64,000 nt of DNA, from the NCBI GenBank assembly GCA_964016885.1, contig OZ024747.1, positions 37,882,001 to 37,946,000 of the forward strand, given 5' to 3'. Source of the DNA: Eledone cirrhosa (taxonomy: Eukaryota). Position 1 is the first letter of the stretch; every line of letters begins with the position of its first letter. Below are positions 1 through 15,224 of this stretch, one piece after another. The position numbers and the translations under genes were made by a program. A model generated the notes under the pieces. It searched no databases and was not told where the DNA came from. It worked only from the letters and a program-made list of their open reading frames with translations.

Positions 1-548
1 AAAGTCGTTTTTCGGCGATGCCTGCAAGAACTGAATATCTCATTTTTTAAATTTATAGAATTTTGGCAGTTAAGTATATAAACATTTTCTTCAATACATA
101 AATGACAAATTCTTGAAAGAGCCATATTTCGGTAAACGGGTGCTTTCGAAATCGTTCCCCAAGAGATTGATTAGTCTATATTATTGTCCTTTAAATACCA
201 AATTAGATGTAAAATTGACGTGGAAGATTTTTTATCGGATCTATTAAATGTATGTTTGTGATTATACCAGCGTTCTTTGAATTTTGTAGAAGTGGCTCCT
301 ATGTAGTTGAATATTTTACTCTAGTTTTTACTGTGCATTTGTATATTAAGTTTTTATCTAGGCAATTATTCGTATAAACATTCCCGATGATTTCATACGA
401 ATGAAACATTTCTAGTCTTCTAGCAGTCATTCCTATATATATAATCATCATGCCTATACTCTAGCAATGTATTGAGTAATTTTTATAAACCGTGAATACC
501 TCCAGACAAATGTCAGAAATTTACACACATACATGCGTAAATATGTTT

Positions 549-4509
<3,961 letters not shown>

Positions 4510-4729
4510 CTGGGATGGACACACGCGTATAACTTGCTGAGTAAGTTCTGTTTAAATTTCTATAGAAATTCTTGTCTGATAACTTTAATTTTTGTACCAT
4601 TTTGTAGAGGGACTGCCAGGTCAAACTTTGATCTGGTCAGTCTCTCAAAATATTCTACGCCTTTAGGCGAAATAGTTAAACAAAAAAAAAAAAAAGTTTT
4701 TTCTTGTTCAAAAGTCAATATTCTTTTAA

Positions 4730-6517
4730 ATGGCCGAAGCTTCTTCACCAAAATTCGAAGGAGGAAAGGGGAAGATGAACTTACAGCTTCCCCCTGCCAC
4801 TGTCACAGTAGCAGAGGTCAAGAAGAAAGGTCAGCCAGAGGAAGAATTCTCTCCACCTGTTAACCGACAACTTGACGTTGCCATGGCAACAACCCAAAGA
4901 ACCAGCAGCAACAACAACAACAATGCGACGGACGAAAACAACACCAATAACAATAACAATAACAACAACAACAAGACCAATAACTGTGACAACAACAACA
5001 ATGATAACAACAACACCACCAACGACAACAACAACACAAACAAACAAAATTTCTCCTTCGCCGAGACGACAAGGAAAACCCTCGACTATCTGCCAGTAGA
5101 TATAACAAAAGCGAAGGAGCTACTGGCGGATGCGAAAAAATATATAGTGTACGGGGAAAATGGTTCATTCACAATCCATTCCCCCCCGGAACTAAAATGC
5201 CAGAGACTCCTAAACACGGTCATGTTTAGGACAATCTCGAACAAAAGTAAAAAACCAGCTCAACCATCACAGAGCGAGATAGAGCTGGTTTTAAAAGACG
5301 TCATGAAGGACATCACCTTCATTCAAAAGGATAGACTCTACGGGAGTCTATCCATTCTCATGAAGGACAGGGACACAGCAGTGAAACTGTCCATCAAACC
5401 AATCACATCCACCGCATACACCTTCTACCCTACGTACATGGGTAGAAGAACACAAAAAATAAAAATCCACACCATCCTGCCGATTATGGACATATGGTGG
5501 GTTTTGACAGGTTTTCTGGACCTGGAGGATGACATGCTGGTGTCCATGGGAAAGGCATCGGGTGACGCGTTCAGTGGAACGAGCCTCGAACTTGTAGTTC
5601 AAATGAGGCCCGAAAGGATCGCCCAGATCCCTGAACGCGTCATACTGGATAATCTAACCTTCATCAACATTACCGTTGAGGGTAAACGGCTCTCGTGTTA
5701 CCTCTGCGGAACCAGAGGTCACCTGAGGGCTGTCTGTCCCCAACTTAATAAGAAAACCCCAATCCTGCCTACACCACCAACAACTGCACAACCAACACAA
5801 TCACCACAACTACCACTACAAAAACAACCACCACAGCTCAAACCAAAACAAAACAATGTCCAACCCATCCCCTCCACTCAAAAAACAAAAACAATTTCCA
5901 AAACACCCGTACCGCAAACACAACCCGAAAATATACCCCTCCCCTCCAACGCGGAAGATGACCCTAGTTCGTCGTCAGACGAGGAGGAGCACTTCCACAC
6001 AATCAAAAGAAAAAAAAGAAAACACACCTCAGACACACAAATGAAAAAAAACCCTCCCCAAAACATAACACTGACACCAACACAAAAGAGCTCACAACAA
6101 CAGCAAACAAAAAACACCACACAAAAACAAAAACATGCATACACATACATAAATACAAGAAACAAAAAACTGTTAAACATTGTGTACAACAACAATCTAA
6201 TAAAAACACAAGGGCCTAACTTCACCCAGGCAGGGGATTTTCCCCACCTCAAAATGATTAAGGCCCCACAGGACACCTATAAAACTTTAAAAAACAATTT
6301 TAAAGAGGACGTGGGTCCCCCCTGCGTCGGGCCCATTAACCGCGTCCTCCTAAAAAACTATCCCACCCTCTCCCCAAACACCCACACAACTCCAAGCTCC
6401 CCAACCACACAACACACTGATGCCCCCACACTTCCACAAACCACCACCCCACCCAACAACCCATCCCCCACCCTAATGGAAATTGTGCAGCCCGATACCC
6501 GGGACGCAGAGAGGTAA
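4730..6517 (+). CDS. Tx1 ORF1 gag-like protein, 595 aa
   Basis: Uninterrupted ORF with an Asn/Thr-rich N-terminus, a CX2CX4HX4C knuckle (CYLCGTRGHLRAVC), a Pro/Gln/Thr-rich region and a basic KRKKRK patch. Confidence 0.85.
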   Translation: MAEASSPKFEGGKGKMNLQLPPATVTVAEVKKKGQPEEEFSPPVNRQLDVAMATTQRTSSNNNNNATDENNTNNNNNNNNNKTNNCDNNNNDNNNTTNDNNNTNKQNFSFAETTRKTLDYLPVDITKAKELLADAKKYIVYGENGSFTIHSPPELKCQRLLNTVMFRTISNKSKKPAQPSQSEIELVLKDVMKDITFIQKDRLYGSLSILMKDRDTAVKLSIKPITSTAYTFYPTYMGRRTQKIKIHTILPIMDIWWVLTGFLDLEDDMLVSMGKASGDAFSGTSLELVVQMRPERIAQIPERVILDNLTFINITVEGKRLSCYLCGTRGHLRAVCPQLNKKTPILPTPPTTAQPTQSPQLPLQKQPPQLKPKQNNVQPIPSTQKTKTISKTPVPQTQPENIPLPSNAEDDPSSSSDEEEHFHTIKRKKRKHTSDTQMKKNPPQNITLTPTQKSSQQQQTKNTTQKQKHAYTYINTRNKKLLNIVYNNNLIKTQGPNFTQAGDFPHLKMIKAPQDTYKTLKNNFKEDVGPPCVGPINRVLLKNYPTLSPNTHTTPSSPTTQHTDAPTLPQTTTPPNNPSPTLMEIVQPDTRDAER

Positions 6518-6541
6518 GTGCCTTTTCTCTTCACCACCAAC

Positions 6542-9500
6542 ATGGCTGTGCTAAGAGTAGGCTGTTTAAATGCGCGTGGCCTGGGCTCAACTTGGAAGCA
6601 AGCAATGCTTCTAAATGACCTCAGGTCACAACGTATAGATGTGATGGTTATTTGCGAGGCCCGGATCAGCAACGTGCGACAGCTGGCCCCCACCTTTGAT
6701 GACTTTGAGATGCACGCATCTCTCTGTCAGCCCGGAGGTGGGGGTGGGGTTCTCGTTCTGCTGCAAAAACATCTGGGTCTCGCAACACAGATGGTACATT
6801 TGGACCCGGAGGGTCGACTAGTGGTTCTGGACCTTGGCAGTGGTAAAGGCGGAGCGTTTAGGTTGGTAGCCGCCTACGGCCCTTTCGGGTCAATGCGGCC
6901 GGACTTCTTCCATCGTCTGGAGACTTTTCTAGGGACGTCCCGCTCCTTGCTATTAGTGGGGGACTAGAATGGTATCCTAGATGCACGCTGGGACTACGTA
7001 GGGGCCTGCCCCGATAGAGAGGGGTGTAATAGCCTCAAAGGGTTAATCGGTCGATTTGACCTGGCCGATAGATATCGACTAGATTTTCCGACTGCGCCAA
7101 CCTGGACTTGGGCAAATCGTAGCGGATCATCTAGGTCGTACCTAGATAGGTTCTTAGTTAGAATTAAGGATAAGGACTTTTTAAGTTGTCCAAAAATGCG
7201 CATGGTTGGCTATTCAGACCACAAATTAGTAACCTGCATGGTCAACCTTGACAGAACTCATAGACAGGGCCCCGGTTACTGGAAGCTCAACTTGTCCTTG
7301 CCGGCAAGTAGAGCCTACAGGAATCGGATTAGTACGTTAGTTAAGGAACGGTTGACTGGAGCGATCGTCAACAGCAGGTGGTGGGTATCTCTAAAGAGAG
7401 AGATTAGAGTAGTCTCGATAGAATTTAGTAAGGTTCTAGCTGCGGATAGGAATAGGAAGGAAAGGGAGCTAATAGATAGAGTAGAAGAGGCAATTAGAAG
7501 CGGCGACGTGGCCAGAGTGCTAGCGTCGAGAACGGCTTTGAGCCAGTTTTTCGACGCGAAGCACGAAAGCTGCGTTGTCCGAAGTAAAATACGTGCTCTA
7601 GGGAACGAGGGGACCAAAGCTGTTAGCTGGGCCCGCGTGACAGAGGCCAACAGTGGAACTAAATCCACCATCCGGTCTTTGCGAGACCAGGATGGACGGG
7701 CGATTCTTGAGCCTAAGCAGATGTGTGAGGCCTTTCAAAGGCACTTTGCCCGACTGTTCGGGAGGGGCGGGGAGCCGGTTGGGAACGTGGACTTCGGTCC
7801 ATACCTCGACGGCCTGCCGCGCCTCTCGGACAGGGAGGCGAAGTCCTGCGAGGAGCCGATTTCGGCCGCTGAGATAGAGGACGTGCTGAGCCAATGCGGC
7901 AAACGCAAATCCCCGGGTCTCGATGGTCTTCCTTACGAATTATATCTAGCTATGCCGGACTTGTTCCCCGATCTCCTCGAGGCGGTCTACTGCAACTGGC
8001 AACAGAACGGGAGAATTCCCTGTACTGTGACCAAGGGCGTAGTCACGCTAGTGAGGAAGGACGAGAACAAGGGGGACGAAATAAGTAACTTCAGGCCCAT
8101 AACACTGCTAAATACAGAGTTACAGATTTTGGCCAAGGTGCTAGCAAAGAGGTTGGCGCTTGTCGTGGGCAACCTGGTGGGAGATGCGCAGACATGCGCT
8201 ATCCCGTCCAGGTCCATCCATGACAACCTCCACCTCATGCGATACATCATAGAGAGGGTTGGGAACGAACCCGGCTTTGGTGGGGCTCTGATCAACTTGG
8301 ATCAATCTAAGGCGTTCGATAGGGTCGACCATGGTTACCTGGATGCGGTGCTAGCGGCGGCAGGATTCGGACCCGTTTTCAGGGGCTGGATCACTGCTAT
8401 GCACAGCAGCCGCATCTGCTCTAGGGTCAAGGTGAACGGCTACCTCTCGGAGCCGTTCAAAATCGCGCGGTCCATCCGACAAGGGTGCCCTCTCTCCTCC
8501 CTTCTGTATGTGTTGACTCTCGAGCCACTACTGCGGAAGTTGGAGTTCTTGCAGGGCATCCCTTTGGAACCGGGATTGCGGAAAGCGGTGTCGGCCTACG
8601 CCGATGACGTGACAGTAATGGTGTCGACGGCCTCCGAAATCGAGGCGGTCGGCACCTTACTGGAGGAGTACGAAAAGTTCACAGGGGCTAAGCTGAACCG
8701 GGACAAGTCGATCGGTTTGCAACTCGGCACGTGGAGGGCAGACTGATGCCCTCCGATAGCGTCGTCGGACGCTGGACGGAGGGCCCTGTGAAGTTGCTCG
8801 GGGTCTGGTTCGGACCAGACCTCCAGGTGGAGATAAACTGGGGTGAGGTAACGAACAGGGTGTTTGCACTGACCCAGAAGTGGGCCGAGTGCAAACTGTC
8901 CCTGAAAGGTCGGGCGGAGGTGGCGAACACTTATATAGCGTCCGTCATCTACTACCGCCTGACCGTAGTGCCCTGCCCAAGGGAAACCCTCACCAAGATG
9001 GAGCGCGCGCTCTTCCAATTCCTTTGGAAGAGGCGGGCTCCTATGGTGAGGAGATCCATCTGCTGTCAACACCCTTCGAAAGGAGGGCTGGGGATGCCGT
9101 GGCTAATGATGCGTAAACACGCATTAAGGCTACGACACCTCTACGTATTCCTCACCGGACAACCGGTGTGGGCCTCGTTTGTGAGACGAACCTTTCCCAG
9201 ACTCGTCTCACTCACCGAGCTGCAATCCTGGGTCAAGCAAAGACCGAGAAAACTGGGCGCCTGGCACACTGAGTGTGCCCAGGCGCTCACCGCCCTCTGG
9301 CAGGCGGATCCGGTTATCAGTGGAGACTCCACCGCAACATTCTATAGAGGGCTGGTACGCAGCAGGTGCGACGACGCCCTCGGAGAAGCCCTAGACATGG
9401 AGGAGGACGAACTGGCCAGCCTGTTCGGTAGGACATTCAGCCCGGGACCTATGGACAACTTCCAGAAGTCCCTGGCCTGGCAGTGCTACCGAGGGGCTTT

Positions 9501-9978
9501 ACCCGTTCGAGAAAGGCTCTACAGACACGGGCGCCCGGGTAGGGACCCCGCCAAAAAGATCTGTCCCAGATGCGTGTGCGACGAGGAAACCGTTGCACAC
9601 GCATTAGTACACTGCTCGGGCGTAGCCGATCTGTGGGGCTATGTCGAACAACTGCTGTCAAGGGTGGGACCGATCCGGTTGACCACCGAGTCTATTGTAA
9701 TGATCAAGCCGCCTCCCCCCTTCAAAGATGAAGCAGAGGCGGTGTTTCTGTGCGTAATAGCCATGGCGAAAGAGGTTGTATGGTGGACGCGTCTGAAAGG
9801 ACTGAGGTCGGGCACCTTTCTCTCTGGCCAACAACTGGTCCGTTTCTTCCGATATCATTTCGGAAGAAGGATCAGGATGGAGAGAGAGGTGCTGCACCCC
9901 AGCCGTTTCTATGAAAGATGGGTGAAAGTGGCGAGAATGGCCCGTGTGAATGGGCCTTCACTCTACATCAGACTATAG
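6542..9978 (+). pseudogene. Tx1 ORF2 (EN-RT-CCHC) with one amber codon and one frameshift
   Basis: ATG at 6542, TAG at 6965-6967 in GD*N, YADD RT motif, and a 1-nt deletion near 8738 versus copy 1. Confidence 0.92.
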
Positions 9979-10260
9979 GTGAGGAAGATGAAAGACCAAG
10001 GGAGCACCCCTTCTCTGTGCTCCTGAGGAGAAGGGTTGCACATTTTTTTCGGGGGTGTGTGCGACCCCCCAAGGCGCCTCCTCTCTATTGAGGATTTTGT
10101 TAAAAATTTTATTTTTTGTTATATCTTATTTTATTTTTATATTTTGTTATTGCCTCCTCCTTATTGAGGACGCCTTTTTGTGTAAACTCCCCCCTTTGTA
10201 CTTGTCCCACTTTTGATGCCCTAGTGGCAAATAAAAGAAATATATCTATCTATCTATCTC

Positions 10261-13200
10261 AGATAGTTGCCTCGCCGCTTTGCTGGTAAGTTTTTTGTAA
10301 ATATATTGTTTTGTAGATTAATCTTTCACACGTCTGAATTGTCAGTGGGTGGGTAATCTCACTTTTCGCCCCATAGGGGCGGAAATTTTATTTGAAAAAC
10401 TTTTTAGAAAAGAAAAAAATATTTTACAATAAAAAATGTCTAACGAACAACGGACGCTAGTCTCGACTGCTGCAGCAAGTGGTGAGAGGAAGGTTATATT
10501 TAACGTTGCCAAGCCGTCTGCCTGCAGAGACGTCACTATGGTTAAAAATTGTAACAACAAAATGTTTCGCCAAGAAGGTGAAACAAGTGATTCACCGAAT
10601 AAACCAAGTAGCACAGAACAGAAAACAAAGACCATAACTAAACAGACAATTTCCACAACCATAAATCAAACAAGTGATAACCACAACAACAACAATAACA
10701 ATACCAAAGAAATATCTTTCGCTGAAACAGCAGCCAAAAAACAACAGTTTAAAGATATTTGGATATCTCCAATGCCAACTAGATGCTGAGCCAGGGAAAA
10801 GAATTTGTAATTTTCGAAGAAAAGGGTGGGTTTAAAATAAACTCACCCCCGAAATTCGCTTTGAAACTCTCCGGAAAACTATTACTTTCAGGACAGTCTC
10901 AAATACTACCAGAAAGCCGGCATTCCTCAGTCAAGGAGAAATAGAAGCAGCATTGAAGGCGGCGTTGCCGGATACCGATTTTATGCAGAGGGTCAGACAG
11001 TATGGAAGCATTTCGGTGCTTCTCAAAAGCGAGGCCCTCGCACAAAAATATTCGGTGTCTCCGGTCACCTCTACCAACTATACCTTTTCCCTACTTACCT
11101 GGAAAAAAGGACTAAAAAAATAAAAATCTCCAATATACCACCAAATATCAATATTTGGTGGATTTTGGCAGGATTTTTAGAGGAGGGAGAGGTCACCATC
11201 ATCTCCATTAAGAAGTCAACCAGACACACGTGGTCTGGTACCAGTTTGTAAGTTCTGGTACAGATGAAACCAGAGAGAAATTCCAAGAAACCGGAGAGGG
11301 TATTAGTAGACAACATCAACCACATCAACATTTCTACTGAATCAGGGAGGCCGCACTGCTTTCGATGTTCCAGCATATCGCATTTAAAGGCCTCCTGCCC
11401 TTTACAGACAAACTTCAACAAAAACAAAAAAGTACTCTTACCAACACCAACACCAAAAAAACCCACCACCACCACAACAACAAACAACACACAAAACAAG
11501 CAAACACACAAAAACAAACAACTACTCAACCACAAACAACAGAAAAACACAGACAATTCCCCTGAAGAACACAGTCCCACCCCATCCCACTCCATCCAAC
11601 ACTACCACAACCACACACACAAACACACCATCACCACACAATATACCTCTCCCACACGCGCCTGTTGACGATTCATCATCAGACAAGGCTACTTCTCCAT
11701 CCCCAAGCGAGGATGAGGGAGAGCCTCTGAATTAAAAAAAAAACAAATAAAGAAACACCGCAAAACTACAAAAGCACAAAGACACAGCCACCAACACAAA
11801 CACCACAATCAAAGACCCCTGCCAGCAAAACAAACACAAACACCACCCCAAACACAAACGGTATGGATGTGATAGCGAGTTCAGGATCCACAACAAGCAG
11901 CAACTAACCCCCATCTTTGATGACTTTGGGATCTACGCATCACTCTGTCCGCTAGGAGGTGGAGGGGGAGTGGCTGTTATGATCCGGAAAAACCTGAACC
12001 TCGAAATACAGAAAATACAGTTGGACCCGGAGTGTAGACTGTTGATCCTAGACGTGAACAGTGTTGGAGGTGGAGCCTTCAGACTGGTGGTCGTTTATGC
12101 CCCGACTGGGACATCGTGGCCAGACTTTTTTAAGCGTCTAGAGTATTTTCTGTGAACGTCTCGTTCCTTGCTTTTAGTGGGTGACTGGAATGGTATCCTG
12201 GACGCACGTGGGGACTATGTAGGAACATGTCTCAGTAGAGGGGGGTGCAACAACCTCAAAAATTTGGTGCAACAGCCTAAAACATTTGGACAAATCGCAG
12301 TGGGACATCTAGATCGTATTTAGATAGATTCTTAATTAGAGAGAGAGACAGGAAAATGTTAAGCTGTCCAGAAATGTACATGTTTGCCTATTCAGACCAC
12401 AAACTAGTCACCTGCATAGTCAACCATGATAGAACGCATAGACAAGGACCCGGATACTGGAAGCTGAAAATGTCGTTACCGACGCGTAAAGCCTGCAGTA
12501 GACGGATAAGTAGTTTAGTTAAGAACTAGTTGACGGGAGCCATCGTCAACAATAGGTGGTGGTGCTCTCTCAAGAGAACAATTAGAGTAGAGTCCATAGC
12601 TTTTAGCAAAGAACTAGACTTAGAGAAAGACACAACAGAAAGAGAACTAGTAGCTAAGGTAGAGGAGGCGCTTAGCAGTGGCAACGCAGCTAGAGTGCTA
12701 ACAACGAGAACGGCATTAGACCAGTTCTTTAATGCGAAACACGAAGGCTGCGTGGTCTAGGAAACGAGGGAGCAAAAGCTGTTAGCTGGGCCCGAGTGGC
12801 AGAAGCGAAAAGTGGCAACAAGTCCATGATTCGGTCTCTGAAAGACCAAAACGGACGCGTGCTACTTGATTCCAGACAGATGTACACGGCCTTTCAGCGG
12901 CACTTTGCACAACTGTTCGAGCAGAGCGGTACGCCGAACGGGGCAATGGACTTCGGTTCATACCTCGATAGCCTACCGCGTCTCTCGAGCATGGATGCCA
13001 AGTTCTGCGAAATATCGATCACAGCCAATGAGATACGGGACGCTCTGGACGCTGTGGGAAACGCAAATCACCCGGTCTAGATGGTCTACTCTATGAAATT
13101 TACATAGGCATGCCGGACTTGTTCTCTGGCGTCCTCGAAGCCATCTACTGCAACTGGCAGCAGAACGGGAGAATTCCCAATTCTGAATGCAGAGGTGTAG

Positions 13201-15037
13201 TAACGCTGATCAGGAAAGACGAGAACAAGGGGGACGAGATAAGTAACTTCAGGCTCATAACTCTCCTAAACATAAAGTTAAAGATTTTGGCCAAGGTGTT
13301 AGCAATGAGGCTGGCGCTTGTCGTCGAGAACCTGGTGGGAAAAGCTCAAACGTGTGCAATTCCAACCAGGTCCATACACGACAACATCCACCTGATGCAA
13401 TGCATCATAGAGTAGGTGGGCTTGTAAACCCGGCTTCGGTGGGGATCTGATCAATTTAGATTAGTCTAATGTGTTTGATAGGGTCGACCTTCGATACTTG
13501 GAAGCAGTTCCCAAACAGTTCTCAAAGCGGCCGGTTTCGGACCCACCTTCAGAGGCTGTATCACAGCCATGCACACCAACATCTACTCGACAGTCAAAGT
13601 GAACGGTTCCGATAGGTAGCGTTCCATCCGACAGGAATGCCCTCTCTTTACGTATTGACTCTAGAGCCACTACTGCGGAAGTTGGAGCTTTTGCAGGGCA
13701 TCCCGTTGGAACCGGGACTGACAGGGATGGTGTCAAAAACCTCGGAAATCGGGACGATCGGCAACTTACTGCAGGAATACGAAGGGCTTACAGGAGAAAA
13801 ACTCAACCCGGACAAATATGTCGGCTTGTAACTCGGAACGTGGAGAGGCAAACCGATGCCGTCCGACAGCGTTATCGGACGCTGGACGGAAGGACCGGTG
13901 AAATTGCTCCGGGTCTGGTTCGGTCCGGACCTCCAGGTGGATAAAAACTGGAACGAGGTCGCGGCCAAGGTATTTGCGCTCACCCAGAAGTGGCCAGAGT
14001 GCAAACTATCCTTGAAAGGTCGAGCGGAGGTGGCTCTGAGGCTCTGAGGCTACGGCATCTCCAGGTATTCGTCATCGACCTAGCGGTGTGGGCCCCGTCT
14101 GTAAGACAAGCCTTTTCACAACTGGTCTCGCTGACGGAGCTGCAGTCCTGGGTCAAACAGAGACCGAAGTAAATGGGCGCTTGGCACATTGAATGTGCTC
14201 AGGCGCTCACAGGCCTCTCTCAGGTGGGCACAGCAATCAGTGGTGACTCCATTGCGACATTCTATAGAGGGATAATACATTACAAGTGCGACAACGTGCT
14301 CGGAGAGACTCTGGGCGTCAAAGAAGACGAGCTCACCTGTCTGTTCTGTAGGACTTTCCGCCCGGGACCTATTAGCAACTTCTAAAGTTCCCTGGTCTGG
14401 CAGTGCTACCGAGAAGCTCTACAAGTACGCGATAAGATCTATAGGCATGGCTTCCCCGGCAAGGATCCTTCCAAGAGGACGTGTCCAAGATGCGAGCAGG
14501 ACATTGAAACCATCCTGCACGCAATTGTACACTGCCCGGGCTGTGGAGCTACGCAGAACAACTGCTGTCGCGTATGGGACAAATCCAGTTGACTGCCGAG
14601 TCCATAGTAAGGATCAAACCGCCACTTTCTTTCAAAAACGAAAGAGAGGCGGTTTTCCTCGGTATAGTGGCTATGGTAAAAGAGGTTATATAGTGGACAA
14701 GATTGAGAGGACTGAGGACAGATGCCTTTCTCTCCGGGTGATTGGGCCTTCTCTGTATATAAACCTGTAGGTATATAAACCTGTAGGTTGAAGAAGAGAG
14801 CAAAAGGAATAAAGGAGCACTTGCACAACATGCTCCTGGAGTTGAGGGTTGTTCTATCTACAGGGTATAAAACAACCCATTTGTAACGCCTCCCCCCTAT
14901 TGGGGATTTCGATTGTTGAATTTGCATGCTAACATTTTTTACATGATTGTATGTAAAATCCCCGGCATATGTCTTTGTATTGTCCCCTTTTCTTGTGCAC
15001 CCTTGTGGCAAATAAAGAAATCTACCTATCTATCTAT
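10261..15037 (+). mobile_element. Tx1/L1-clade LINE, copy 3; older and decayed
   Basis: ORF1 remnant from 10436 (CFRCSSISHLKASC knuckle). The ORF1/ORF2 junction is deleted near 11860 and ORF2 is fragmented. Ends CCCTTGTGGCAAATAAAGAAA plus TATC-like repeats. Confidence 0.9.
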
Positions 15038-15224
15038 ATAAATATATATGTGTATGTGTTTGTATACATGTATGTATATATAAACTGTTTTATACAACAG
15101 CAGATATCATGGTTTGCCAACAGTTTAGTATGAAAGAGCATATTTAATCGTTATAGCATATTAATATGCCTCAAATACATTTAGATCTAATTGTGCTGGA
15201 AAACGGTCGCCATTATGTTACAGG

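Larger units (their letters stand above)
4510..10260 (+). mobile_element. Tx1/L1-clade LINE, copy 2, apparently full length
   Basis: 5' UTR, intact ORF1, ORF2 with two lesions, 3' UTR nearly identical to copy 1, short TATC tail. Confidence 0.93.
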
